DNA from: Psilocybe cubensis
Taxonomy: Eukaryota
Direction: 5' to 3'
DNA: 64,000 nt
NCBI GenBank assembly: GCA_017499595.2
Contig: CM039003.1
Coordinates: 248,001-312,000, forward strand
Part shown: one piece after another, positions 38,033 to 53,038 of the stretch
Numbering within the stretch: the first letter of the stretch is position 1
Layout of the letters: every line of letters starts with the position of its first letter
Position numbers and translations under genes: made by a program
The notes under the pieces: model-generated
The model's database searches: none
Told to the model about the DNA's origin: nothing
What the model saw: only the letters and a program-made list of their open reading frames with translations

Positions 38033-39805
38033 TATTGAGAAGGCCTTCGTAGTTTACTGTACGTTGGTATGTGTGCTCCTTCAGTAGATATTGCGAATGG
38101 CGTTGTAATTGATGTACGTACGTTTAATTGAGAGTAGGTGGAGATATTGGTATACCATTACATGCCTGCTTGACTTTGGAAAAGTGTGAGTTGAGACGGG
38201 GATGGTTGAAAAAGAAAATGTGAACACTCGAGGACTCCTGCAGAACGCGAATGCGTGAAAACAAGCAAAAAACACATTTCATTCACCATAACCATGTTAC
38301 TACAAACATTAGAATAGTAAGTACCCCTAAGAATACACTACACCCAACTGTCCAAAGACCCTCGAACTCGATTTTCAAAAATGTATCACTCACCTCACCC
38401 GACCTTCCTCTCCTCCCGATCTTCCGCACTAACGGGCTGAAAAACACCTCTGGATTGTTACCACTCGCCCCTGAAGCATCCGAAGTCGCCGAAGCCGTAA
38501 TAATAATACCAAATTTCACAGAAAAAATTGGCAACTTACGTTTTGTAATTTTGTTGAACGTTGCATGTGGACGTAGTTCTCCTTCAGTAGATATTGCGAA
38601 TGCCGTTGTAGTTGTTGTACGTACGTTGAAATGAGAGAGAGTGGAGATATTGGCATACTGGTACATCCAGTGGTTGACTTTTGAGAGATGTGAGTTGAGA
38701 TGATGGGTATTTGGAAATGTTACAGAGAGATATCTTCACCCGAACGTGAATGCTTGAAAAACACATAAAACACATTTCATTGGCAATCCTACTACTCACA
38801 TTGTGCAGATGGTACATCTATAGGTATCCTACGACCCACCCAGCAATACTCGAACTCGATTTTCGAAATGTATGGCTCACCTCACATCACCCTCTCCCAA
38901 CCTCCTTCTCCTCCCGATCTTCCGCACTAACGGGCTGAAAAAAACGTCTGGATTCCTACCACTCGTCCCTGAAGCTCCGAGGTCACCGCAGCCGTAATCC
39001 CAATACCAAAATATATCGCCAACTTACGTTCATTCCTTTCGTTTTGCTCGTTCGCCGGGCTTGATCCTCGTCGATTCACGCACAATTGTGCAATTGTACA
39101 ACCCTAGAAGGATTGCGTGCGTTATCTGCTATGCATATGGAGCGACTCCTGAGCTTACCTGGCTGGTTACAGACTTTCAGACACCCAGACAACTCGTCGA
39201 AGACCCAATGATCCTCTTGACCCCGATACGACCCTCCGCTTCCATTTCAAAAACAACGCAATTTCCGCTGCATTCGACGTATCCAGGGTGTTGTAAGCTA
39301 GTGTATATTGCCAACGTAATGCACTAGAGAGGTTCCGAAATTTTGTTTTCGAGGTTAGTTGCATTCGGAATTGAGAGATTGGAGATGGGTACGTACGCAT
39401 TGTGCAGCAAAGAATGCAATCCGGAGCTTTCTACGTGTGTTCCAGTGTTGTTTTGGGAGACTCCTATTCACATTGAGGTGTGCTTCGATCGAAGGTCGAA
39501 TGCTCGATAACTGAAAACACGATGAAAAGAGAGGGCGAATGCAAACATCTTGTGCACATTCAAGCCCGATTCGTGTCTCGCCGATTAGACCCAATAGCGG
39601 AGATCCCGACGCCTAGAACAAACGACAGCCTCGAAAGAATATATTGAACGAATCACGTACCCAGATTCAAAAGTAAAAAGCGAGATTTGAAGGGAATCGC
39701 AACCTATTCCGGATGTCGTCACAGGGAGGAAAACACGAAAATAACACACCCGGGCTAGCGCGACGGGTTCCGTGTGGATGTACGTACACGGGCGTGTCGC
39801 GCTAG

Positions 39806-41769
39806 TATAAAGGCAGGCGTGTGGTGGTGTGTTTTTCCTCATCCCCTCTTGGGGTTCTCGGCCTCGTCTCCTCCTCCTCTCCTCAAGGTAAGCGCGATTC
39901 TCCTTGAGCGCGTCGGTTGACTGTTGAACATTGAACTCGCAGGTTTTGGTGCTGGGCCGCGTCGGGACGAATCCTGCTTGCTGGTGAGTGTTGCCACTGG
40001 CTTGTGTGCACTGCTGATGCTCTTGTTGCAGATAGTGTGCTCGTTGTGGCGGGTGTTGGTGTCTCCGTAAGTCGGGTTTTCTTTACCTCGACGCGTCGTA
40101 GAGTCTCTGTTGATGTATAATGACACAGCGGACAACACGTCATGCGGCGGAGGTGCTGGACTGTGGGGGTCGCATTGGGGTGTGCTGTAGGCAGGTAAGT
40201 CACTGTTGGTCACTGTGGGGAATGTGCTGACCGTGTCTTTTAGCAGCTCACCATTATTGCGGCCGTTGTAAGTGGTAAGTATATCCTCCTATCTCTTGGA
40301 TGGCGCGGCTGATGTTGTGTTGTTGCAGACTGGTAGGTGTTTTCACCCACTTGAAGACAGTGTTGATGGACGTGGCAGGTGGCGTGGACGCGAGTCGGGG
40401 AGGGCTTTCAGGTGAGTGTTCCCACAGACTTGTGGTCATTCCTAATGCTTTGACAGCGTGCTCGTTGTTGCGGGTGCTGCCGTCTAGGTCAGTCGGCTTT
40501 CCTTTACCTCGTCGCGTCTGTTGACGTGGGATGAGACAGCGGACCTTGGAGATGCTGAACGCGTCATTCGGCGGAGGGGGACTGTCAGGGTCGCATCGGG
40601 ATGTGCTGCAGGCAGGCAAGCAAGTCAATGTTGGTGAGTGTGGGGAATGTGCTGACCGTGTATTTGAGCAGCTCACTGTTGCCGCCTTGTAGACTTGTCG
40701 GACGAGCTAGATGGCGGGGAGCGAGGTAGGTGTCTCCACCTTTTTGAAGGACAATGCTGATATTCGACGTGTCTAGTGGTGTAGACGCGAGTCGGGGCCT
40801 GCTCGAGGGTGAGTGTTTCCCCTGGCTTGTGTGCATTGCTAATGCTTTGACAGTTTTCTCGTCGTTGCGGGTGCTGGTGTCTAGGTGAGTCGGCTTTAAT
40901 TTACACCGTCGCGTCGTAGAGCCTGTTGACGTAGGATGAGACAGTGATAGTCGACGCGTCATTTGGCGGAGGTGCTGGACTGTGGGGTCGCATCGGGATG
41001 TTCTCCAGGCAGGCAAGTCAGTGTTGGTGACTGTGAGGAACATGCTGACCGTGTATTTGAGCAGCTCCGTGAACTTGGCATTGGGAACTTTTAACTGGTA
41101 AGCGTGCGCTTGATATTGAAGGTCAATGCTGATGTCGTGTTTTCTCTGATATTGTAGGGGTAAGCTGGCCGACGAGGAGTCCCCGGTGACCTGCTGTCGC
41201 TGTTATCGCAGCTAGCGACCTCGTTGCTATACAGGTGAGTCGGGATTTCTTTGTGTAACAATGTACTCACCTTGACGCGTTGTAGATGAGAAAGCGGAAC
41301 ACGACAGTCGACAATATCAGGCAAGTCGGCCTTTTCTCTCCACGGGAGTCTGCTCACTGTACTTCCCAGGACACCTGTCCGTCATTTTTGGCGTGTGCTG
41401 GACGCGTATTTGGCCTGCCGAAGGAGCTCCCGATTGACGAGCTTGTTGGAGTGTGACCTGGTAAGTGACGGACATGTCTGCTGGCAAGAAAGAGACACAG
41501 ACTCACCAAGGTGTCGGTGGCGCGGCGGCGGCGGTATGGATCAGGGAGGGACGTGTGGAATGAGGTGAAGAACGCGGCTCCAAACTGTCGACGGCGAGGA
41601 TGCGTCCCGCTGGCGGTGGTGATGGATGTTGGAGGGACGCGTCAGGCCAACTGCTTGCTGTCGCGGAAAGGCATGGCTGGCGTGATGGACATTGCTGCAC
41701 CAGTCGGGATGGTTGTAAAAGTCGGGCATGATTGTGGAGCAGACCGGCGCGGGCAGCCGCGCTGGGGTT
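39806..41769 (+). ncRNA. Copy of the intron-dense tract
   Basis: Offset 10411 from 29395-31358. Confidence 0.5.
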
Positions 41770-42025
41770 CATCTCTCTTTACGCGACAGCGGCAAGGCAG
41801 CGGAGAGGCGGTGTGATGCGCCAAGGCGGTGCGCCTGTTTACACGCACAGGGCAGAGGCCGTTCGTAATCCTGGCATTCAAGTTCCGCTTTAAAACGGTG
41901 GTATCATACATTCGTTGACGGGGCCGCTTTGCTCACAACCATCCCCCCTGCTCGTCGCCAGCCCCGCTCCCCAGCATCTAATACATCTATTCACGCACGT
42001 CGCCGCACAACCGCCCCCGAGAACC

Positions 42026-43419
42026 ATGTCGGAAATCAAAGGAACCTTGTCATCGTTGGTGATGGTGCTTGCGGAAAGGTATGATCGGCTTTTGACCAGC
42101 TCAGAGAACGTCAGCTTGCATGCTGATCATCGTCACCCGTCTAGACTTGCCTTTTGATTGTGTTATCCAAAGTCATATTCCCAGAGGTACGTGCATCGTT
42201 AGCCGCCGTTCAGCCAGCCGAGGTGTGCGGCTTGCTGCTCCTCATTGCACCGTCTTGTGGGGTGTTTAGGCAGCTCCAGCGAATCCCTGGCGGCTTCGTC
42301 CGAGGTGTGGAAGGCTGATATTGGCGTTCAACTCTAGGTCTATGTGCCCACCGTGTTCGAGAACTACGTTGCCGATGTCGAGGTCGATGGCAAGCACGTG
42401 GAGCTTGCTCTATGGGATACGGCCGGCCAGGAAGACTACGATCGTCTACGCCCTCTCAGTTATCCTGATTCGCATGTCATCCTCATCTGCTTCGCTGTCG
42501 ACTCCCCCGATTCGCTTGATAACGTCCAGGAGAAGGTGTGTCTTGCCTTTCTGTCATTCCCCCTGCCTACATTTTTTTGGGGATAACATCGGATACGGCA
42601 ATTTGCTAATGTCGTTGTTTTGTGGTTCCCTGCTTTTTAGTGGATTTCCGAAGTTATGCATTTCTGTGCCGGCCTGCCTATCATTCTTGTCGGCTGCAAA
42701 AAGGATCTCAGACGTGACCCCCGTGTGATTGAGGAGCTTAGGAAGACGAGCCAGCGACCCGTAACCCCCGAAGAGGTGCGTTTTTCTTGTTTTTTCTTTT
42801 TCCTACATCACATTTCTTGTTTTCGTACGACTTTGGTGTGATGAGGGGCGAGGTGTGTACACGCCCCGACCCCTTATCTGAGCGCCATTTTTGTGACATT
42901 TTTACGCTTCGTTCGAATCTGAACAACGTCATTCTTTTTTTGATGTCCTGTTTATCACCATTGCCTCGTTCCCGCTTTTCTTATCCACATTGTGATCCCC
43001 GTCGCCACCGACATTGACGCCGTTTTTCAATCCAAATTTTATTATTTTTCCATGCATCATGTTTTATTTATTCCAACTTGGTACTAACCATCGTCATCTT
43101 GTCATGCTTCTCTTATCCACATTGTGATCCCCCTTGCCACCGACATTGACGCTGTTTTTCAATATAAATCTCATTATTATTATTTTATGCATCATTCTTT
43201 TATACTCCTCTTTTATTTATTCCAATCTGGTACTAACCCATCGTTATCTTGTAATGTTTCTAGGGTATGGCAGTCGCCCAGAAGATTGGGGCAAAGCACT
43301 ACCTCGAGTGCTCCGCCAAGTCGGGTGAGGGCGTCCGCGAAGTCTTCCAGTACGCCACCCGCGCCGCACTGCTCAGCAGAGGAAAGGGCAAGAAGAGCCA
43401 CCATTGCATCGTGTTGTAG
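42026..43419 (+). pseudogene. rho1: Rho1 copy 5 (same as copy 3)
   Basis: Offset 10411 (9817 + 594 MITE insertion) from copy 4, with the same lesions. Confidence 0.92.
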
Positions 43420-46400
43420 ATGGCGTAGCTTATCCCTTTTACCATTTTTTTTTCTTTCCATCTTCATTCTTCCTTCCTTTCTTCCTTTTTTTGCTTTTTT
43501 CTTCCTTGACGACTCTCTTTCACTCTTCTTTCCGAGTTCCTTGCTGGATGGTTGAATTGAGGGTGGGTGAAGGTGCAGGGAGGAAAATGGGAGGTGGAGC
43601 GAGGGAGGGGTGGGGTGAGGTCAGGTAGGGAGGAACTTCAACAAGGATAGGGAGGGGCTTGAATATCATTTATACTCGCACCTCGCACCTTCTCTTTCAC
43701 CTTGTTCCGGTTGGTTGTGGATAATGAACATGTGTTAATGCCGGTGGAATGCTCTTCGGTTTCTTTTTTTTTTTTTTTCTTACCTAGTCTTTTTCACTTG
43801 ATACCGCTTCTTTCTTGATTTTGATTGATGATCCACTTTTGACTCTTCTTCTCAAATATACTGCTGCTGCTGCACCTCCTGACTGCGACGAGTTGGCTAT
43901 CTGTTTGTCTCTCCTTGAGCTTCTGTTGCTTTGGCTAAGCCCCTATGGATTCCGAGCGTGTATTGCAATTTGAACAATGTTTCTTTGGTTTATATACGTT
44001 GTGCTGCCAGATATACATGGCTCGCTGTTGTGATGTATTTTACGAGAAGATACTAGCTTTATATGGCATTAGATACCTTATTGAGACAACCCTGAGCAAA
44101 TGAGATAGAAGTTTTTTGAATTTTCGAGTCGTGTTCTGGTATCGTACAAGCAGAGGTTAGCCCCGCCCGAAGGCCAGCAGGGTCCGCCTCTGCTCTATCT
44201 ACCTATCTAGTACGTACCTGTTTGAGTTTTCCACAAGTCCGAAAATTGAACAGTCGGTTGTGGGAAGTCTACCGAGGTCTGTCGAAGAAATCTCAGCACT
44301 CGTTCGGCGTTGTCTACAACCTTGTTCTCCAAACTCATCCACTGGCTCGCCGGAATCGAATAAAAAGTGCGCGAAAGTTGAAATACATGCCGGCAGGTGA
44401 GTACTGTAATGGTTGTAAGTGCCGGTTCATCAAGTCCATGAATCAAAGTACATACCTTGTTTGCCGGACGTCCAGAAATCAAAAAAACCGCGTGAAAGTC
44501 GAAATACATGCCCGACAGTAACCACTCTCGACACCGCTCGCCGGATGCAATAACAACTGCAAGAGGGTTAATGTGAACTTCAACAATCAACACACCTACC
44601 CATCACCAGGCAGCCAACCCTCGCTCGCCGGAACTCCAAAAATCGAAAAAAATGTGCAACGACATTCCACGGCACTGGTAAGCTGTTGTTCATTAATTTG
44701 ACGCCGCTCGCCGGATGTCCAAAAATCGAAAATAGTGCGAGGCGTTAACGGGACTTCAAACGTCTGTTGAGAAAAGCTCAGTCAGTACTCGGGTCTGCAA
44801 ACTATGTAACACACCTTGTTGTGCAACAACCCTCGCTCGCCGGAACTCCAAAAATCGAATAAAAAGTGCAAAGGCGGGTACTGTGTAGATGGTAAGCTGT
44901 GGCTCAACAAACTCTAGCAAATAAAGCACAAACCTTGCTCGCCGGACATCCAAAAATCAAAAAATAACTGCGCGGCATGTCCAAACATCGACTCCGTCTA
45001 TGGAAGACAACTCAAGCCAACGACTAGATGTGACACGTACGTTGGTTTCATGGCACGGCGGCAGATGAGAGCTGTGTAAAGAGATAAGTGGTGGCCCATT
45101 AAGTGTACTAGGTAACACACCTTGCTCGCCGGACGTCGAAAAATCGAATAAAACTTGCGGCTCCATAGGTAGACACTGTCGATAGAATACAGGTTCGCGG
45201 GAACTCCAAAAATCGAATAAAAAATGCAGGAGCATAAGGACGGGATACACGTTGGGGGTTCCCCAAAACCCACTTCACTTTATATCCTTTTCCCTAATGC
45301 TTCTAGTTTATTCAACGTCACGCAATATTTGCCCGTTGCCCCCGTTTCCAAACTAGAATGTGATGTCCAATATACCTGCAAGCTAAAATTGGCTCATGTA
45401 AATTTTCAGTTGCGGTCTCCTATCCCGGTCTTTTGATTCAACTCCGCTGCTTGTTTTCCCCAATCGCCTGTTCTTTCTCATTATCATAAATCATGCTCTC
45501 CCCGTCCTTTGTACATCAAATGCGAAATTTCAGTCTCGGTCTCCTGTTCCGGCCTTTTCAATCAAGTCCACTGCGTTCTTATTGTCATGAAGCTATGCTT
45601 CCCGTCCTTGGTGCATCAAACTCAGGTATGTATCATTTCCTATGCTTTACAATTCTTGTACCCACCACAATCCAAAAATTTTGACCCCTAGACTCAGTAG
45701 CTCGTCACTGCGCAGACTCGCGCATCGCGACCCAAGCAGCTAGTGCAAGGCAATCACCATTTAGCTGACGCGATGACCTCATGTCGTTCCAAACTACTGG
45801 ACCTCAGTCAGATCGGGTATCCGACTCGCAAAATCTCTCCAGATCGTTGGTTTTCGAAGCTCAAATATTCGATTTTTAGGCTGCATTAACGTATTCAGGG
45901 TCGCATTCAGGAACACCTGAGCTGAGTAATGAGATTTCAGTAACCGACGACTCACTCAACGCCCACGAAATCCCAAGACAGCAATACGCTTCACATTCGC
46001 TTCCACGGGGTAGATTTTGTCACAGTCCCCTATTTTCTTTGACGACCTATTAATTAATACATTAAATATGTTCACAAAACGCAGACAAGGTTCACACGTA
46101 GAGTCAAAGGGTGACAGAACCAACAGGCGGAGCTCAAATTAGGCGCCCGTGAGTCCGCACTTGCTTCTACCACGACGTCACCTATCCATATCACTCCCAC
46201 ATCCAGTCTGACGTACCGATAACCCCACACAATACCCCCAAAAACGTCGTTCTCGCCCTCTGACTCTCAGGACAACGTTGCCACGTGGCGACTTGAACCA
46301 ACATTCCCGTCTTCCGATTCATCGACGCAGGCCAGATTCGCGTACAAGGCACTCGGAAATATCATTCGAATAGGCTGTAAGCTCGAGTTAGGCATGTTTG

Positions 46401-49400
46401 AAATGAGGTAATGAGAAATTCGACTCACCCCTCGAGCTAAAAATCGAGATTTACTCGCACCGATCTCTAGATACTTCTACGCAATGTAATTACTCCAACA
46501 CAGTACAACACCCCAAAACAAACTAGCATATCTTTCCAACGTACGCGCAAGAGATAGGTGTGACGAGTCTGCGATTGAATTTTTGTATCTGCGCTGTGTC
46601 GGTGAGTTCTCCACAAAGAGCTGTTTTGTACACCCAAATGCGCCGCTGAATGAGGTCAAGATGTCAATCCTAGACCTCTGAATCATCCTCAGTCGACTAT
46701 TAGAAGCTCCCGAAACATGGCTATGAGCGACATTGAAATCATTCGGGCACATACGGCACCTCCTTCTCCTCGCACCCCGATACGCCATCCACCTTCCACA
46801 ATAACGCTGTTTCCAGCCCAACCTTGTTAATTAACCGTTCACGTAAGCTTCTAGTACCTTTCGTAACGATATTCAGCGGCGAACTGACCTTTGAATTGCG
46901 TTTGCAGCGGCCACGTAGACTTTGTCCCCGGGAAGCGCCTGGTAAGATCTTGCAATTCTACGCGTTTTCGAGAGGTTTTTGAGGCTAATACTGACTGGAA
47001 CTGTGTTCTGAATAGGGGTTGGACGGTTTGCGATGCGAAGAGCAACACAAAACGTTGGGAATGAACAAATACATCACGTTTGGTTCAATGTACACCAAAC
47101 AGCGAATTTCGTTGTTTTCTTTGAACTACACATTTCAAACTGCTCACAGATAGACATCCCAGCACTGCATAGCATCTCTCAATGTCCCTGCAAGCTCCCG
47201 CGATCACAGGGTAAGCAATCCAATTCAACGGAGATTGTTCTCCTCGCACCTTCCCTCGACGCGAAATTGCATGTACGTCGTTTTTCCGGCTTCCATTGGC
47301 CCCCTGTGAGTCATCTCGTAACGGTTATGTACGTGAATAATAGGCTGAAACGGTTGGAATTTTTGTGGAAGACGGAAATGCGGAGTGAATGAAAATATTG
47401 CGAATACGAGTGTTGGCGCATCCGGACCATGTCTGCGATGCGCGGTAGTTGTATAGCTACCTAGAGTGATATATCTATCTTATCTATCGTGTCTTATTCT
47501 GTTTTCATAATGTCTGGCTCGTCGAGTGCAATAAAATGAATACCTACAAACACATCACGCCAAATCTAACAAACACAGCGATTCGCAACTCTCTCCAAAT
47601 TCCCGTCGATTTAAAGTAATATACACACCTGGATATATTGTATACTCTAACCCTGCACTACAGAAATCAATCAGCAAAAGTACAAACCATTGAATACCAA
47701 TCGAACAACCAAATCCACAACATGACATGACACACCCTCGCCTCCCGCCCAAATTCACAATTACACACCCGTTCAAAACGCTAGAAACACCTGGCTAGTC
47801 TATTCGGCTCTCGGCTCGGGTCTGGTCCGATCAAGGGTCCTGTCAGGTATATTGAGAAGGCCTTCGTAGTTTACTGTACGTTGGTATGTGTGCTCCTTCA
47901 GTAGATATTGCGAATGGCGTTGTAATTGATGTACGTACGTTTAATTGAGAGTAGGTGGAGATATTGGTATACCATTACATGCCTGCTTGACTTTGGAAAA
48001 GTGTGAGTTGAGACGGGGATGGTTGAAAAAGAAAATGTGAACACTCGAGGACTCCTGCAGAACGCGAATGCGTGAAAACAAGCAAAAAACACATTTCATT
48101 CACCATAACCATGTTACTACAAACATTAGAATAGTAAGTACCCCTAAGAATACACTACACCCAACTGTCCAAAGACCCTCGAACTCGATTTTCAAAAATG
48201 TATCACTCACCTCACCCGACCTTCCTCTCCTCCCGATCTTCCGCACTAACGGGCTGAAAAACACCTCTGGATTGTTACCACTCGCCCCTGAAGCATCCGA
48301 AGTCGCCGAAGCCGTAATAATAATACCAAATTTCACAGAAAAAATTGGCAACTTACGTTTTGTAATTTTGTTGAACGTTGCATGTGGACGTAGTTCTCCT
48401 TCAGTAGATATTGCGAATGCCGTTGTAGTTGTTGTACGTACGTTGAAATGAGAGAGAGTGGAGATATTGGCATACTGGTACATCCAGTGGTTGACTTTTG
48501 AGAGATGTGAGTTGAGATGATGGGTATTTGGAAATGTTACAGAGAGATATCTTCACCCGAACGTGAATGCTTGAAAAACACATAAAACACATTTCATTGG
48601 CAATCCTACTACTCACATTGTGCAGATGGTACATCTATAGGTATCCTACGACCCACCCAGCAATACTCGAACTCGATTTTCGAAATGTATGGCTCACCTC
48701 ACATCACCCTCTCCCAACCTCCTTCTCCTCCCGATCTTCCGCACTAACGGGCTGAAAAAAACGTCTGGATTCCTACCACTCGTCCCTGAAGCTCCGAGGT
48801 CACCGCAGCCGTAATCCCAATACCAAAATATATCGCCAACTTACGTTCATTCCTTTCGTTTTGCTCGTTCGCCGGGCTTGATCCTCGTCGATTCACGCAC
48901 AATTGTGCAATTGTACAACCCTAGAAGGATTGCGTGCGTTATCTGCTATGCATATGGAGCGACTCCTGAGCTTACCTGGCTGGTTACAGACTTTCAGACA
49001 CCCAGACAACTCGTCGAAGGCCCAACGAGCCTCTTGACCCCGATACGACCCTCCGCTTCCATTTCAAAAACAACGCAATTTCCGCTGCATTCGACGTATC
49101 CAGGGTGTTGTAAGCTAGTGTATATTGCCAACGTAATGCACTAGAGAGGTTCTGAAATCTTTTTTTTCGAGGTTAGTTGCAGTTGGAAGCGAGAGATTGG
49201 AGATGGATACGTACCGTTGTGCAGCAAAGAATGCAATCCGAACCATTCTACGTATGTTCCAGTTTTGTTTTGGGCGACTCCTATTCACATTGAGGTGTGC
49301 TTCGATCGAAGGTCGAATGCTCGATAACTAAAAACACGATGAAAAGAGAGGGCGAATGCAAACATCTTGTGCACATTCACGCCCGATTCATGTCTCGCCG

Positions 49401-49622
49401 ATTAGACCCAACGGCGGAAATTCCGACTCCTAGCACAAACGACAGCCTCGAAAGAATATATTGAACGAATCACGTACCCAGATTCAAAAGCAAAAAGCGA
49501 GATTCGAAGGGAATCACAACCTATTCCGGATGTCGTCACAGGGAGGAAAACACGAAAATAACACACCCGGGCTAGCGCGACGGGTTCCGTGTGGATGTAC
49601 GTACACGGGCGTGTCGCGCTAG

Positions 49623-52600
49623 TATAAAGGCAGGCGTGTGTTGGTGTGTTTTTCCTCATCCCCTCTTGGGGTTCTCGGCCTCGTCTCCTCCTCCTCTCCT
49701 CAAGGTAAGCGCGATTCTCCTTGAGCGCGTCGGTTGACTGTTGAACATTGAACTCGCAGGTTTTGGTGCTGGGCCGCGTCGGGACGAATCCTGCTTGCTG
49801 GTGAGTGTTGCCACTGGCTTGTGTGCACTGCTGATGCTCGTTGTTGCAGATAGTGTGCTCGTTGTGGCGGGTGTTGGTGTCTCCGTGAGTCGGGTTTTCT
49901 TTACCTCGACGCGTCGCAGACTCTGTTGATGTATAATGACACAGCGGACCTTGAAGTGGTCAACACGTCATGCGGCGGAGGTGCTGGACTGTGCTGTAGG
50001 TAGGCACGTCAACGTCGGTCACTGTGGGGAATGCACTGACCGTGTCTTCTAGCAACTCACCATTGCCGCCCTTGTAAGTGGTAAGTATACCCTCCTGTCT
50101 CTTGGATGGCGTGGCTGATGTCGTGTTATTGCAGAGTGGAGCAACGGTGATGAGCTCGATAGAGCAAGGTAGGTGTCTTGACCCACTAGAAGAACATTGC
50201 TGATGATCGACGTGGCAGATGGTGTGGATGCGAGTCGGGGCCGGCTTATAGGTGAGTGTTCCCACAGACTTGTGGTCATTGCTGATGCTTTGACAGAGTG
50301 CTCGTTGTGGCGGGTGACGGTGTCTAGGTGAGTCGGGTTTTCTTCCCTCGTCGCGTCGTAGATTCTGTTGACGTATGATGAGAAAGCGGACCTTGAAGGT
50401 GATCGACACGTCATTCGGCGGAGGTGCTGGATATTAGGTGAGTGGATGATTTCTCCCTCTACGTGAGTGTGCTCACCGTGTCCTGTGCGCCTACAACCAG
50501 TCATTGTACCCCTCATGGTGGTTGTAGTTGCTGCTGGAAAGAGAGACCGACTTTCCAAGGCATCGGTGGCACGGTCCTATGTTGCAGCAAGAGGCAGCGG
50601 CGGCGGCGGAATGGGCGGCCTCATTTCCTCTTCATCTCCTGAATGTAAGTGGGATTCTCCTTTACCGCGTTGGTTGATTGTTGAACTTTGAACTCCTAGG
50701 TTTTGGTTACTCGTCGTCTGTGTCGCATCAGGTTAAGGGGAGGTAAGTCAGTGTTGGTGACTGTGAGGAACATGCTGACCGTGTATTTGAGCAGCTCCGT
50801 GAACTTGGCATTGGGAACTTTTAACTGGTAAGCGTGCGCTTGATATTGAAGGTCAATGCTGATGTCGTGTTTTCTCTGATATTGTAGGGGTAAGCTGGCC
50901 GACGAGGAGTCCCCGGTGACCTGCTGTCGCTGTTATCGCAGCTAGCGACCTCGTTGCTATACAGGTGAGTCGGGATTTCTTTGTGTAACAATGTACTCAC
51001 CTTGACGCGTTGTAGATGAGAAAGCGGAACACGACAGTCGACAATATCAGGCAAGTCGGCCTTTTCTCTCCACGGGAGTCTGCTCACTGTACTCCCCAGG
51101 ACATTGTTCCGTCATTTTTGGCGTGTGCTCGACGTGTATTTGGCCTGCCGAAGGAGCTCCCGATTGACGAGCTTGTTGAAGTGGGACCTGGTAAGTGACA
51201 GACATGTCTGCTGGAAAGAAAGAGACACAGACTCACCAAGGTGTCGGTGGCGCGGCGGCGGCGGTATGGACCTGGGAGGGACGTGTGGAATGAGGTGAAG
51301 AACGCGGCTCTGAACTGTCGACGGTGTGGATGCGTCCCGCCGGCGGTGGTGAAGGATGTTGGAGGGACGCGTCAGGCCAACTGCTTGCTGTCGCGGAAAG
51401 GCATGGCTGGCGTGATGGACATTGCTGCACCAGTCGGGATGGTTGTAAAAGTCGGGCATGATTGTGGAGCAGACCGGCGCGGGCAGCCGCGCTGGGGTTC
51501 ATGTCTCTCCAATCGAGGTATTTACGCGGAGAGGCGGTGTGATGCGCCAGTCATGCGGCGGAGGTGCTGGACTGTGCTGTAGGTAGGCACGTTAACGTCG
51601 GTCACTGTGGGGAATGCACTGACCGTGTCTTCTAGCAGCTCGCCATCATTGCCGCCCTTGTAAGTGGTAAGCATACCCTCGTAGCTCTTGAATGGCGCAG
51701 CTGATCCTGTGTTATTGCAGACTGGATGGGCGGTGCTGAGCAAGGTAGGTGTTTTCGCCCACTTGAAGATAGTGTTGATGGACGTGGCAGGTGGCGTGGA
51801 CGCGAGTCGGGGAGGGCTTGCAGGTGAGTGTTCCCACAGACTTGTGGTCATTCCTAATGCTTTGACAGCGTGCTCGTTGTTGCGGGTGCTGCCGTCTAGG
51901 TCAGTCGGCTTTCCTTTACCTCGTCGCGTCTGTTGACGTGGGATGAGACAGCGGACCTTGGAGATGCTGAACGTGTCATTCGGCGGAGGGGGACTGTCAG
52001 GGTCGCATCTGGATGTGCTGCAGGCAGGCAAGCAAGTCAATGTTGGTGAGTGTGGGGAATGTGCTGACCGTGTATTTGAGCAGCTCACCGTTGCCGCCTT
52101 GTAGACTTGTCGGACGAGCTAGATGGCGGGGAGCGAGGTAGGTGTCTCCACCTTTTTGAAGGACAATGCTGATATTCGACGTGTCTAGTGGTGTAGACGC
52201 GAGTCGGGGCCTGCTCGAGGGTGAGTGTTTCCCCTCGCTTGTGTGCATTGCTAATGCTTTGACAGTTTGCTCGTCGTTGCGGATGCTGGTGTCTAGGTGT
52301 GTCGCGTTTTCTTTACCTCGTCGCGTCGCAGAGCGTGTTGATGTAGGATGCGACAGCATATGTTGGTGATGCTCGACGCGTCATTCGGCGGAGGTGCTGG
52401 ACATTTAGGTCAGTGAATGTTTTCTCTCTGCGTGAGTGTGCTCACCGTGTCCTGTACATGTATATAACCAGTCATTGAGATACTGACTCCCAAGGCGTCG
52501 GTGGCGCTGAGCTATGTTGCAGACAGAGGCGGCGGCGGCGGCGGCGGCGGTATGGATCTGGGAAGGACGTGTGGAATGAGGTGAAGAACGCGGCTCTGAA

Positions 52601-52785
52601 CTGTCGACGGTGTGGATGCGTCCCGCCGGCGGTGGTGAAAGATGTTGGAGGGACGCGTCAGGCCAACTGCTTGCTGTCGCGGAAAGGCATGGCTGGCGTG
52701 ATGGACATTGCTGCACCAGTCGGGATGGTTGTAAAAGTCGGGCATGATTGTGGAGCAGACCGGCGCGGGCAGCCGCGCTGGGGTT
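49623..52785 (+). ncRNA. Composite, longer intron-dense tract (two variants joined at 51549/51550)
   Basis: First part matches 3200-5130; second part matches 61029-62264. Confidence 0.5.
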
Positions 52786-53038
52786 CATGTCTCTCCAATC
52801 GAGGTATTTACGCGGAGAGGCGGTGTGATGCGCCAAGGCGGTGCGCCTGTTTACACGCACAGCGCAGAGGCCGTTCGTAATCCCTGGCATTCAAGTTCCG
52901 CTTTAAAACGGTGGTATCATACATTCGTTGACGGGGCCGCTTTGCTCACAACCATCCCCCCTGCTCGTCGCCAGCCCCGCTCCCCAGCATCTAATACATC
53001 TATTCACGCACGTCGCCGCACAACCGCCCCCGAGAACC

